64,000 nucleotides of DNA, from positions 15-64,014 of the forward strand of contig CAVYRW010000003.1 in assembly GCA_963771045.1 (NCBI GenBank), written 5' to 3'. This DNA is from Waddliaceae bacterium. Its GTDB lineage: Bacteria > Chlamydiota > Chlamydiia > Chlamydiales > SLFE01. The notes below the pieces were generated by a model. That model did not search any database. It saw nothing but the letters and a program-made list of their open reading frames with translations, and was not told the DNA's origin. How positions within the stretch are numbered: the first letter of the stretch is position 1; each line of letters starts with the position of its first letter. This document shows, one piece after another, positions 49,703 through 60,263 of the stretch. The position numbers and the translations under genes were made by a program.

Positions 49703-51533
49703 ATGGAGGATGAGTTACAGCGAGTTTACCGGCAGCTCTATGATGTTGTGGTTCCTGATCTCGACTATTATTTGCGCCAAATTGACTGCAGGGACGGCTG
49801 CCCGGTGAATACGGACGGCAGGGGCTATATGCTGGCAATTCACGCGGGTAATTTCTTAGAGGGATACAAGATTGCCAGAGGGCCGAACCCCTTCGCTTCT
49901 ATTTGCGGCATGATCTGCGGGGCGCCGTGCGAGATGACATGCCGGAGGGACAGGGTCGATAAGACGCTGACGATCAGGGCGCAGAAGCGGTATTTGGACG
50001 AGTGGTTCGGTTTGGACAAAGAGGCGCATGTCAAGTCGCTGGAAATGAGCTATTCGAGAGGGTCGACAAATCCGAAGCCCAACGGGCTGAAGGTGGCGTG
50101 CATCGGGGCGGGGGTAGCGTCGCTGACGGTGGCCCATGATTTGCTCCGCCTAGGGTATGCAGTCGATGTGTATGAGATGATGCGGATGCCGGGAGGGATG
50201 CTGACTTACGGCGTGCCGACTTATCGCTTGAAAAACGATGTGGCGTTGAATGAGTGCTTTGCGATCGAGCATCTGGGGGCCAAAATCATTTGCAACTGCA
50301 AGGTGGGGCGCGATATCACGATGACTGAGCTTCAGGAAAAGTACGACGCTGTATTCATCGGAGTGGGGCTTTGGAAGTCAAGGGATCTGCCGATACTGGG
50401 TGCGGACGGGCCGGATGTGATTCGAGGAATCGAGTATCTGCGGGTCAAATGCGCCGAAGAAGAGTGGAAGATCGGCGACAATCTGGTTGTTGTCGGCGGC
50501 GGAAATGTGGCGTTCGATGTGGCGAGGACATCGGTGAGAAACGGAGCGAAAGTGACGATGGTGTGCCTTGAGGCGCGGGATGAGCAGACAGCTGATGAGT
50601 TTGAGATCGAAGATGGGTTTGAAGAAGGGATCACGATCATCAACAGGGTGGGCCCGAAAGAGATATTGCGTGATGAAAACGGCAGGATTGAGGCGGTCAG
50701 GGTGCAGCGGGTTTCGAAGCTTTTCAATTACAAGGGGGGATTTGCTCCGGAGTTTGTCGAGGGTGGATGTGTTCGATATTCCCTGCAACGCGGTAGCTCT
50801 TTCTATCGGCCAGGCGATGGACGAGAGCTTTTTGAATGGCTGGGATAGAAGAGACGAGTTGGCAGTCGAAAGAGGCGTTGTAAAGGTGGAGCGCGGGACG
50901 GGCCGGACTTCTGTTGAAGGCGTGTATGCTGCTGGCGACGCGGCTTATGGAGCGGCGCTCTTCATTACAGCGATTCGGCAGGGACAGGAAACGGCAAGAG
51001 CCATCGACGCAGATCTTCGCGGGACGCGGCCATATATGGAAGTTCTTGGAGAATTTACGGAAATTTCTCCAATGAGAGACAAAGAGTATCTGAGGACCGA
51101 TTATGCTTTGCCGACGTCGCAGCCTCCGCATGTGCGCAAGGATAATTACAATATGGTGGAAAATAACTATACGGCCGAAGAGGTGCATCAGCAGGCCAAC
51201 CGCTGTCTGCAGTGCCATGTCAATCCGGTTTTCGACGGGGCGCTTTGCATCAAGTGCAACGGGTGTGTCGATGTTTGTCCGTGCAATTGTTTGAAGCAGG
51301 TTCCGCTGAGTCAATTGAATATGGATCTTGGCGAGGGGAATATAAGAACGGCTGTCGATCATTATTATGGAATAGATTCTGCAAATACGGATGAGGAAGA
51401 GCTTGAATTGATAGGGACGGCAATGTTAAAAGATGAAGATTTGTGCATTCGATGCGGACTGTGTGCAGAAAAGTGTCCGACGCAGGCGGTGACGATGGAT
51501 GTGATGAATTATTCTTTCCGGTGGATCGGATAA
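49703..51533 (+). pseudogene. GltD-like NAD(P)H flavoprotein fused to a 2x[4Fe-4S] ferredoxin domain; one frameshift at about 50765
   Basis: 'ICGMICGAPCEMTC', 'VACIGAGVASLTVAHDLLRLGYAVDVYE..PGGML.YGVP.YRL', 'VVVGGGNVAFD'. After the frame change: 'AIGQAMD', 'GVYAAGDA', 'CIKCNGCVDVCPCNC', 'CIRCGLCAEKCP'. Confidence 0.75.
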
Positions 51534-51670
51534 TGCTTGAGACTTTGGTCTTTACATTGGCCGCGGGATGTTCCGGATTGTTGGTCTGCCTGTACTTTTG
51601 GAAAAGAGGGCAGTTTGAAGATTGTGAAGATGTGAAATATCAAATGTTTCGAGATGAAGAGTGTGATTGA
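51533..51670 (+). CDS. CcoS/FixS-like micro-protein (45 aa)
   Basis: TAATG overlap with the upstream gene. A single TM is followed by '[23 protein letters not shown]', the CcoS-type W..k.GQf.D motif. Confidence 0.5.
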   Translation: MLETLVFTLAAGCSGLLVCLYFWKRGQFEDCEDVKYQMFRDEECD

Positions 51671-52185
51671 TTATGCCGAAACATCGAAATTCATTGAATG
51701 TCGACAAAGATGATGAAGACCCAAGGATCTCCAGGCGATCGTTTCTTGCGCTTTTGGGGGTGGGAGCGGGAATCATCGGCGCGGGGCAAATGTTCGGGGT
51801 GTCGATGCTGGGATTTTTATATCCCAACGCGATGAAAACGCCGCCGAGCACGTTTTCTATCGGCCGCCCGAATGAAGTCTTGTCGAAAGATGGAAAAGTT
51901 TTTTATCCGAAGCAGAAAGTGTTTATTGAAACGCTTGGGGGAAAGGTGCGCGTTCAGACGGCCGTCTGCACTCATTTGGGCTGTACGGTGAATATGGTTG
52001 AGACGGGCTACGCCTGCCCCTGCCACGGATCGACCTATGACCAGCACGGACGAAATACAGGAGGGCCGGCTCCTCTTCCGTTAGTTTATTTCAATGTTTA
52101 TCAGGGCGCTTCAGGAGATATTATGGTGGACAAGTCAAAGACAACACTGGACTACCGGGCGGCGTGGTTTTCGCCGACGGCGTGA
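51667..52185 (+). CDS. Rieske [2Fe-2S] protein with Tat signal
   Basis: '[14 protein letters not shown]', 'CTHLGCTV', 'CPCHGSTYD'. Confidence 0.9.
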   Translation: MIMPKHRNSLNVDKDDEDPRISRRSFLALLGVGAGIIGAGQMFGVSMLGFLYPNAMKTPPSTFSIGRPNEVLSKDGKVFYPKQKVFIETLGGKVRVQTAVCTHLGCTVNMVETGYACPCHGSTYDQHGRNTGGPAPLPLVYFNVYQGASGDIMVDKSKTTLDYRAAWFSPTA

Positions 52186-52200
52186 ACTAGAAGGAACGGT

Positions 52201-53530
52201 ATGGCAGTATTTACAGGAAAACCTCGGGAGACGTGGGCGGAGCATATCGCAAGACTTCCGGCAAATTTTGTGCGGTCGATTTTTCGGCATAACTATCCGA
52301 ACAACGACGTGGATCGTTCGGAGATTGTTTTTAAGAATTTTTTTCTTCATTTTCATCCGGTCAAGTGCCACAAGCACTCGCTCGACCCTTTTTATACTTT
52401 GGGACTGGGGACGATCACGACGAGCCTGTTTATCCTTTTGACGATTACAGGCGTGATTTTGATGTTCTATTACATACCTGCCGAGGACCGGGCGTTTAAC
52501 ATCATGAAGGACTGGCAGGACACGACGCCGTTTGCCATGATGTACCGCAACATGCACCGGTGGAGCGCTCATATGATGGTGCTTTTTGTGTTTTTGCACA
52601 TGTCGCGGGTGTTTTATACGGCCGGTTACAAAAGCACGCGGAAATTCAACTGGGTTATGGGAGTGATTTTAATGGTGCTGACGCTTGCTGCTTTCGTTTA
52701 CAGGGTATCTGCTTCCCTGGGATCAGCTGGCGTTTTGGGCGGTGACGGTGGGATCGGAGATTGCCGGCTACGCGCCGAATATTCCCGGTTTTGAGTACAA
52801 TATCAACAAAGTGATGCTTCTGGCGTCGACGACTGTCGGCCAGGATGCTTTGATTCGGTTTTACGTGCTGCATGTCGCGCTTCTTCCTCTGGTGACAGGG
52901 ACGATGATCGGGGTCCATTTTTGGCGCATCCGAAAAGATGGCGGGCTCTCCCGCCCTCCCGATAAAATCCGTCCCGATCCCTACCGCGTGGTTCAAAGGT
53001 CGGATACAAAAGAGTCTTTTGCTCCCGGGGTGAAGCGGACATATGGTTTGATGGAGCTTGTGAGGGGAACATGTCCGACAGTGGACAAGGGGCCTTATAA
53101 ATTTGTGTTTACATGGCCGCATCTTCTTAGGGCGGAGCTTTTGGTTTTTTTCCTGACGACGGTGCTTGTTTTGGCGCTTAGTCTTTATCAACGCTCCACT
53201 TGAAGAGCCGGCCAACCCGAGCAAGCCGCCGAACCCTTCGAAAGCTCCCTGGTATTTTCTGGGGCTTGCAGGAGATGGTTTCCTACAGCGCTTTTTGGGG
53301 CGGCGTTGGAATTCCGGCGTTGATTGTCGTTGGATTGATGCTTATCCCCTATCTCGACCGCAATCCCAATGGCGAGGGATATTGGTTCCACAGAAGCCGC
53401 TACCTGGCTGTCTTTCTTGTATACGGCGTTTATGACGATGCAGGGGATATTGATTGTTATTGGGTCGATATTTAGAGGCGCGAATTGGGGATGGATATGG
53501 CCTTGGACAGAAACATTTGCGAGACACTAG
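52201..53530 (+). pseudogene. cytochrome b (b6 plus subunit IV fused type), four successive frame changes
   Basis: Frame 1 carries 'RWSAHMMVLFVFLHMSRVF'. Next comes '[15 protein letters not shown]...LHVALLP', then '[14 protein letters not shown]', then 'IPYLDRNP', then 'FRGANWGWIWPW*'. Breaks are near 52690, 53185, 53268 and 53440. Confidence 0.8.
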
Positions 53531-53531
53531 A

Positions 53532-53828
53532 ATGAAACTTAGATCGGAAGATTATTATCAAATAGCGCTCATCGCATCGGCGGTGGTGGTCACGGTTTTG
53601 TTCGGCGTTTTTTTATATCGCGAAATTTATCCTCAGTACAAGATTTTTCAAAAGGATTACGTTGCTCTTGAGGAGTTTCGGTCGACTTATACGGCAGCGC
53701 CTCCTCCCCCGTTTAAATTCGGGGTGAAGCAGATCGTAATTCCCGATCCGGAAAAGGGCCCTCCAACGATCGACAGGTGCATCTCCTGTCATGTGGCCCT
53801 TAAATTTGAACATTTTTCCCCGAAGTGA
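53532..53828 (+). CDS. membrane-anchored monohaem cytochrome c (98 aa)
   Basis: N-terminal TM and 'CISCH'. The stop overlaps the GTG of the next ORF (GTGA). Confidence 0.55.
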   Translation: MKLRSEDYYQIALIASAVVVTVLFGVFLYREIYPQYKIFQKDYVALEEFRSTYTAAPPPPFKFGVKQIVIPDPEKGPPTIDRCISCHVALKFEHFSPK

Positions 53829-56800
53829 TTGCCCGCGATGTGAACGGCTCGATCATTTACGACAAAAACGGCATTCCGAAGAAAGCGCCAAATCCGAATT
53901 ATATCTGGAAAAAGCTCGATGAAAAAATCGCCGACCTGAAACAAAAAGGCGATGATGCCGAAGCTGAAAGACTGGAGTCTTTGAAAACAGTTCATGTCGA
54001 CGGACATGACTACCGGGTCGACAAAGCGCTGATCATGCATCCTTTGATCGGAAGGGAGACGCGTCCCTTCGAGTATCATCCGGTTGATGAGTACGGATGT
54101 ACGGTATGTCATGGGGGCAATGGAAGAAGCCTTGTCACATCCCGCGCCCACGGCCCTGTTTATGAAGGGCAGTATGAGGAAACTTACATGGGACCGAAGC
54201 CGGAGTTTCTCGAAGAGGATATTGAAAATAATCCGGAGTTTGCCAAAGCTTACGGCGGCAAGCCGGGCCACGAGCTCCTTTTCCAAACGACGCCGCTTCT
54301 TGTGGGGAATTTGATTCAGGCCAAGTGCGTTCTTTGCCATAAACCGACAAGCCGGAAATTATCCGGCCTGGCGTCCAATGTCAAGAAGGTTGCCGAGACG
54401 AAATCGGAGCAGATCGATGTGATCAGAAAAGGGTTTGAGCAGGAATACAATGCTCTGGTCGCTCTTCTTTCCTTAAGAAAGTTTTTGAATGAACAAGGGA
54501 TTCAACAGACGTTCGAGACTCTGCAGAAACAATCGGAAAACTACACCCTTCCTCCGGAGGAGCTGAAAAAGATTCGGGGCAACATCAACTATTTGCGCGA
54601 GTCGATTGTTCAGGCGGAGCAAGACCCTTACCGGGAGCAGAAGGTGCTCAAAAAAATCGACGCGGATCTGCTGAAGCTTTTAGGATCGAAAAAAGTTGTG
54701 GAGGCGGTGCAGAAGGCTTTTGATGAGAATGAGGACATGACTTTGGGTCAGATGTGGGAGCTTTTGAAGAAAGAGAGAGTGGAAGGAAAGCTGGGATCGC
54801 TTCATATCAAAGGCGATATTCTTGAGAAGCAAAAAAGTCTCAAAACCAGTGTGGAAAGCATGACCTATTCGGTAAGCCGCGCGGCGGGCTCGAAGGAATT
54901 GGTTTCGGGACTTGAGAGCGATATCGATCGATTGACAAAAGACGTTCAGCGGGGAGAAGGGCTTTTCTTTTCTCAAGCCTGCTATGCCTGCCACAGAATT
55001 ACCGGACTCTCGCGGGGAGGCGTCGGACCCGAGCTGACGGACGAAGGGCTTCGGGAGCCGTGGTTTGTCAAAGAATCGATTGTATGGCCGCAGGCGGATC
55101 TGAAAACCTCGACGATGCCAAACTACAGAATGGATCACGAAGAGATTGAAGATCTTGTGACATTTTTGCTCGCGCAGCGTCCCGAGAACCAGTCAAGGCA
55201 GGGAATGGAGGGTAAGAGCCGCCTGAAAGCTTGGGAAGAGGGAAACAAGAACGAGTGGGAAGAGGCGATATCACCTAGTGAAATACGGGATGTGCAAAAA
55301 TCAATGGAGATTTTCGCGACCGAAGGGTGCGCTGCCTGCCATCGGCTGAAAGGATTTGATGCGAATGTCGGGTTTGCCATTGAAAAAGAGAGCCCCACTT
55401 TCGATGAGCTGTATGAAGAGAAGCAATGGTTCCAAAAGCTGTTCCCCGAGCATGAGCTTGGATCGAATATTGTGCAGACGATCGAAAGTCATATGGAGGA
55501 AATCGACAAAAGAATTGTCGATGACGTGCAAAAAGATGCTATTTTAGATGAGATTGAAAAGAAATACCCTAAGCTCATCGAATCGTATTATGCCGACTTT
55601 AAATTCGCCTCGCGGGCCAAAAACCATGAGTATGAAACGCTGATAGAAAACGCATCGAGCCTGGATGAGAAAAGGGCTTTGAAAGAAGAGCTTAGCGCCT
55701 GGAAAGAGCGGGTTCATCGGATTTTGCTTATGTTTGTCCAGGAATATGGGCTGGGAAGGCAGATCGGTCCCCGTTTGAATTGGTCGGGCATTTACCGATC
55801 GGACAAATGGCTGATGGAGCATTTTTGGAACCCTTCATCACTAGCGGCCCGTTCGATCATGCCTGTCTTCCCTTTTGACAACACCAAATTTTTGGCTCTG
55901 ACTTATATGCTGGGTTCGCTGGGCCAAAAAAATCGCGGCGAGCTAAGAGAAATTTGGAACAAAAGGGGCTTCAATCCCGAAATGGCTTTCGACATGCTTT
56001 GCGCCCAGTGTCATGGAAACCATTTAAAAGGGAACGGACCCGTTTCGGAATGGATCTATCCCGTTCCGAAAAATTTGAGCAATCCGGTCTTCATGCGCAA
56101 TCTGACAAAAGAGCGGGCGATCGAGTCGATCACTCATGGGATCCACGGCACCCCCATGCCTCCTTGGGGAGAAGCGGCCAAAGACAAAGACTTTGTCAAT
56201 GTTGCCCCTGTGCTGGGAAAAGAGGATATTGCCCAGCTGGTGAACTGGATATACCGCAATCTTCCGGGAGAGAGATTTATCCGGGAGGAAGAGAAAGAGG
56301 TGCAGAAGTGGGAATACCGTCCGGAAGATGTGATCAAGGATCTAAAGAAAGCAGGAGATGTTTTAGAGTCTAAGCCGCAGTCAAGCCTGGGGCTGCCCAC
56401 AGGCGGAGAGTATATCGCCTCGCTGACCCCTGTGATCGCTGCGGCGCCCCAGCAAAATCTGGCAGTCGAGGATGTCTTCGATGTTATGCTCAATCCTTAT
56501 GGCGGCCTGGAAAAAAACAATTACTATATCAAAAAGAAGTACTACACCAAAGTAAATCTGGCTGAAGGGAAGGCATTTTTTGAGCTTAACTGTGCCATAT
56601 GCCATGGCAAGGAGGCCGATGGGGCCGGCCTTCGCGCCGGCGTTATGGAAGAGGCCAAGCCAAGAATGCTCATCAACCTTCCGTGGATTGAAAGCCGCGA
56701 CGACTTAAGGCTGATCCGTTCAATTTATTATGGCGTTCCCGGCACTTCCATGATTGCCTGGGGGGATCAGACAACGTCGAAACAACGTCTTCAGCTTGTG

Positions 56801-57568
56801 ATGTACATACGGAGCCTGACGGAAAGCAAGCGGGATTACGAGCAGTTTAAAAATGTCCTCTTTCAGGTTTTTCAAAGTCCTGTCTGGGCCATTGAGGACG
56901 CCCGCTCGTCCGTCTCGAAAAAAATCGGGGAGCTGGAAAAACAATCTTACGAAACGAGAGAGTCGCGCCAGAAGATGGAAGATCTGGTCAAATCAGGAGA
57001 AGTCAAACCAGAGAAGATCGCCGCTGTCTACAGTAAGGAACTCAAATCCCTTAGGGAGCTTGAAAAATATCGCGAGATAGACAAAATTCTTTCTGATTTG
57101 ATTAATCAAGTCAAAAAAGAACAGGATCTTTATCAATCCCTTGGCGACTCGATTTTCAAACTGTATGGCGAATCAGAGGTTTTTACCGATTTTTTGCATG
57201 CTGTTTCTGCAAATCAAAATCATTTTTCCTATAAAGATGAAAAGCTGCGTGAGCGGCATGCCGATGGAAAAAAGCTTGCGGAGTTCAAAGACGATATTTT
57301 GAAGATCATCGGTGAAAATATTCAGGAGCTTGATTACTGGGAAAGTGTGGAAAAAGGGAAAATTTCAACATCTGGAAAAAGGGAAAAACTCAGCGAGATC
57401 AAGAAAAGCCTGCAGCAGCAAAAGCAGCTTGAAAAAGAGACACTATCGACCTTTTCACAGCTTGACCGTCTGCGCGAAAAGCAGAAGAAAACTTATGAAG
57501 ATTATATAAAAAAACTAAAAATTTTGGATCAAAGCGATGACAGAAGCAGCGAAAGCAAAATATCATGA
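53825..57568 (+). CDS. giant multihaem cytochrome c (6 CxxCH) with a coiled-coil C-terminal region
   Basis: The CxxCH motifs are CTVCH, CVLCH, CYACH, CAACH, CAQCH and CAICH. The last two modules resemble CcoP-type dihaem domains. The C-terminal ~330 aa are K/E-rich and heptad-like. Confidence 0.75.
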   Translation: MIARDVNGSIIYDKNGIPKKAPNPNYIWKKLDEKIADLKQKGDDAEAERLESLKTVHVDGHDYRVDKALIMHPLIGRETRPFEYHPVDEYGCTVCHGGNGRSLVTSRAHGPVYEGQYEETYMGPKPEFLEEDIENNPEFAKAYGGKPGHELLFQTTPLLVGNLIQAKCVLCHKPTSRKLSGLASNVKKVAETKSEQIDVIRKGFEQEYNALVALLSLRKFLNEQGIQQTFETLQKQSENYTLPPEELKKIRGNINYLRESIVQAEQDPYREQKVLKKIDADLLKLLGSKKVVEAVQKAFDENEDMTLGQMWELLKKERVEGKLGSLHIKGDILEKQKSLKTSVESMTYSVSRAAGSKELVSGLESDIDRLTKDVQRGEGLFFSQACYACHRITGLSRGGVGPELTDEGLREPWFVKESIVWPQADLKTSTMPNYRMDHEEIEDLVTFLLAQRPENQSRQGMEGKSRLKAWEEGNKNEWEEAISPSEIRDVQKSMEIFATEGCAACHRLKGFDANVGFAIEKESPTFDELYEEKQWFQKLFPEHELGSNIVQTIESHMEEIDKRIVDDVQKDAILDEIEKKYPKLIESYYADFKFASRAKNHEYETLIENASSLDEKRALKEELSAWKERVHRILLMFVQEYGLGRQIGPRLNWSGIYRSDKWLMEHFWNPSSLAARSIMPVFPFDNTKFLALTYMLGSLGQKNRGELREIWNKRGFNPEMAFDMLCAQCHGNHLKGNGPVSEWIYPVPKNLSNPVFMRNLTKERAIESITHGIHGTPMPPWGEAAKDKDFVNVAPVLGKEDIAQLVNWIYRNLPGERFIREEEKEVQKWEYRPEDVIKDLKKAGDVLESKPQSSLGLPTGGEYIASLTPVIAAAPQQNLAVEDVFDVMLNPYGGLEKNNYYIKKKYYTKVNLAEGKAFFELNCAICHGKEADGAGLRAGVMEEAKPRMLINLPWIESRDDLRLIRSIYYGVPGTSMIAWGDQTTSKQRLQLVMYIRSLTESKRDYEQFKNVLFQVFQSPVWAIEDARSSVSKKIGELEKQSYETRESRQKMEDLVKSGEVKPEKIAAVYSKELKSLRELEKYREIDKILSDLINQVKKEQDLYQSLGDSIFKLYGESEVFTDFLHAVSANQNHFSYKDEKLRERHADGKKLAEFKDDILKIIGENIQELDYWESVEKGKISTSGKREKLSEIKKSLQQQKQLEKETLSTFSQLDRLREKQKKTYEDYIKKLKILDQSDDRSSESKIS

Positions 57569-58982
57569 CGGCCCGACAAAGTGGCTGATCTATCCGGCAC
57601 TCTGTTTTATGATTGTAGGGATGACCATCGGGGTTTTTATCTCCTATAACACATTTATCTTCCCTGACTATTTTTCCGGTGAGTATATTCATTTTGGGAA
57701 GCTAAGACCCGTCCATGTGATGGGCGTTTTGCTCCTTTGGCTGCTGTCGGCAAACCTGGGTCTTTGCTATTTTTTGGTGCAGAGGCTTTGCGGGGTGAGG
57801 ATTTGGAGCGTCAAGCTCGCTTATGTGTCGATCGCCCTTTGGTGGTTTGGATTGATCTTCAGCCAGTTTTCCTATCCCTTCGGAACCAACTATGGCTGGG
57901 AGTACGATGAAACTCCTATGTTCGTCTGGTGGCTGCCTGTTAAGCCGATGATTATTCTGGCCTGGGTTTTAACGCTCATTAATTTTTACGCCACCACCTA
58001 TTACAGGAAAAATGAAAAGCTTTATGTTTCGATGTGGTATGTTCTTGCCGCGATGCTTTGGGCGACGGTGGTCTTTTGGGTGGGAGGCTTCAGCCTGGAA
58101 TTTTTGCCGATGGGGATCTCGCGGGTTAACGCGGAGTTTTTTTATGTCCACAACCTGGTTGGATTGATTTTCACTCCCCTTGGGCTGGCGATCGCTTATT
58201 ATTTTCTGCCGAAGCTTGCCAATACCCCGATTTACAGCCATAAATTGTCGATGATCGGTTTTTGGTCTCTTGCCTTTGTTTATGGATGGGTCGGAGCCCA
58301 TCATATCATCCATGGACCGATCACCCAATGGATCCAGACGGTTTCGATCATTTTTTCGGTCTGGCTTTTCGTTCCTGTATTTACCGTGGTCCTCAATATT
58401 TTCGCCACGCTGCAGCCGAATTGGAAGCAGTATACCGAAAGCGCCGCTGTCCGCTTCATTGTGATGGGAAACATATTCTATCTGATCACATCGGTTCAGG
58501 GGACGTTTATGGCTCTTCGCAATATCAACGAAATCACATCCAAAACCGATTGGGTGATTGGGCACTCTCATATTTCCCTCTACGGAACATTTACGTTTTT
58601 TGCCATTGCGGGCATCTTTTATGTTGTTCCTGTGATGACTAAAAAACCCCTTTGGTCGACGAAGCTTGCCAATTGGGCGTTTGCCTTGAATGTCCTTGGA
58701 AGCGTTCCTTTTATTTTGGCGCTTTGGATAGGCGGCTACCTTCAGGGTCTTATGTGGGCGAGTTGGGCGATAGGTGTCAGCTATGCCGAGTTCCAGGCTA
58801 ATTTGAGCAATCTTCCCTTTTTACAAACGCTGGCAAACACCTACCCCTGGTGGCTTCTCCGCAGCATTGGCGGGACGATTATTCTTTTTGCCAACATTTT
58901 ATTTGTCATCAATATTTTCAATACGATTGTGTTAAAACCGAGAGAAGACGTAGCGAAAGTTAACGTTGAGGCGGCATCATGA
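57537..58982 (+). CDS. ccoN: cbb3-type (C-family) haem-copper oxidase subunit I
   Basis: Collinear His ligands: 'LRPVHVMG', 'FYVHNLVG', 'GAHHIIHG', 'WVIGHSHISLYG'. Confidence 0.85.
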   Translation: MTEAAKAKYHDGPTKWLIYPALCFMIVGMTIGVFISYNTFIFPDYFSGEYIHFGKLRPVHVMGVLLLWLLSANLGLCYFLVQRLCGVRIWSVKLAYVSIALWWFGLIFSQFSYPFGTNYGWEYDETPMFVWWLPVKPMIILAWVLTLINFYATTYYRKNEKLYVSMWYVLAAMLWATVVFWVGGFSLEFLPMGISRVNAEFFYVHNLVGLIFTPLGLAIAYYFLPKLANTPIYSHKLSMIGFWSLAFVYGWVGAHHIIHGPITQWIQTVSIIFSVWLFVPVFTVVLNIFATLQPNWKQYTESAAVRFIVMGNIFYLITSVQGTFMALRNINEITSKTDWVIGHSHISLYGTFTFFAIAGIFYVVPVMTKKPLWSTKLANWAFALNVLGSVPFILALWIGGYLQGLMWASWAIGVSYAEFQANLSNLPFLQTLANTYPWWLLRSIGGTIILFANILFVINIFNTIVLKPREDVAKVNVEAAS

Positions 58983-60253
58983 GCGAAAACAATAACAAGA
59001 AATTCATGGATACCGTTCATCGGTCTTTTTTGCTCACATTTTTGGGCATTGCCCTTCTGTTTTCCACGGCGATCACTGTGACCCTCATTGCTCCAAGACA
59101 TGTCGATCCCACATGGAGGCAGCCGTCGAGCTATTATCAGGTGCAGATGTTCGAGGTGGCCGATCCCAATTTTTTTATCAGCAGCGAAGCCAGCGGAATC
59201 AAAAGACTCGAGTATCTCAAACGGCTTGTGAAGGATTTCAGTCTTCTCGCATTCGAGGAAAACGAGGCATCAAGAATTATCGCTCCCCCCGAACTTGAAA
59301 AATTTGTCACGAAATACGGAGAAAAAAAGCTCAAACTCACCTCTCGGCTCCTTTTGCTGCGCAATCCGGTCTCATCTGAGCAATTCGATGCCGAAAAAAT
59401 TGCGAAAGATTTGAAGGAAAAGCTTCAGCAGGAGGCCAAGAAACAGAGCAAATTTTTGATCGACTACAGAGTTTTAGAACTCTACGATCCCGGCCTTAAA
59501 GAAGCGTTTACCATGTCCAGCTCCGAGGGGATTATTGAGGATTTTGTCGACGATAATTACGAGATTTTGGATGGTGAGCTAAAACAGCTGTGGCACCGCG
59601 ATCCCGGGGTGATTTTTACAAAAAACCCCGAAGAGTACCGCATCCGGCCGATCGGCACCGGCAGGCAGAGGGGCTGGAGGTACGATCCGGAAGGAAAGAG
59701 TATTGAGAGCGTCGCCGAGCTGGAAAGTCCTGAGCTTGGATTCCGATCAAGGAAAGAGCTGATTGAATTGGGGCAGACGATATATGCGCACGAGGGATGC
59801 TGGTACTGCCATACGCAGCAGACAAGAACCCTTGTGCAGGATGTTGTGCTCAACGGCTCTGAATCCTACCCCGCTCCCCCGTCGGCGCCCAATGAATACA
59901 TCTATCAGAAGGTGAGCTTTCCAGGTACAAGGCGCATCGGTCCCGATTTGTCCCGGGTGGGGGTGAAGAGGCCTAGCAGGGACTGGCACAAGGCTCATTT
60001 TTGGTCGCCGAGAACAGCCAGCGCGGGAAGCATCATGCCATCGTTCCGCCATTTCTTCGACTTTGATCCCAGGGGATCGAGGAAGACCGAAGCGGGCATT
60101 CCCAATTACCGTTTTGAGGCTGTCTACCAGTATTTGATGACGATGGGAACGCGTATCACTCCGCCTACAGAAGCGTGGTGGCTGGGCAAGGACCCTGTGC
60201 AAACTTTAGAAATTATAGAAGGGAGGAAAGCCATTGATCATCGCGGACCTTGA
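58979..60253 (+). CDS. ccoO: CcoO-like monohaem subunit with a long insertion (424 aa)
   Basis: ATGA overlap with ccoN. 'GQTIYAHEGCWYCHTQQTR', 'GTRRIGPDLSRVG', 'WHKAHFWSPR....GSIMPSF'. About 200 extra aa lie between the TM anchor and the haem domain. Confidence 0.75.
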   Translation: MSENNNKKFMDTVHRSFLLTFLGIALLFSTAITVTLIAPRHVDPTWRQPSSYYQVQMFEVADPNFFISSEASGIKRLEYLKRLVKDFSLLAFEENEASRIIAPPELEKFVTKYGEKKLKLTSRLLLLRNPVSSEQFDAEKIAKDLKEKLQQEAKKQSKFLIDYRVLELYDPGLKEAFTMSSSEGIIEDFVDDNYEILDGELKQLWHRDPGVIFTKNPEEYRIRPIGTGRQRGWRYDPEGKSIESVAELESPELGFRSRKELIELGQTIYAHEGCWYCHTQQTRTLVQDVVLNGSESYPAPPSAPNEYIYQKVSFPGTRRIGPDLSRVGVKRPSRDWHKAHFWSPRTASAGSIMPSFRHFFDFDPRGSRKTEAGIPNYRFEAVYQYLMTMGTRITPPTEAWWLGKDPVQTLEIIEGRKAIDHRGP

Positions 60254-60263
60254 CGGATTCGGC

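Noticed and set aside
50332-53527. Minus-strand ORFs across the GltD-like, Rieske and cytochrome b genes (e.g. 50724-51362, 52135-52599, 52655-53224)
   Set aside because: They are antisense to genes with strong family motifs on the plus strand, and their translations are low-complexity and Arg/Pro-rich.
53820-53830. Treating the 53828/53825 junction as a definite frameshift in a single cytochrome c gene
   Set aside because: The GTGA stop/start overlap is equally compatible with two translationally coupled genes. It is left unresolved and annotated as two CDS.
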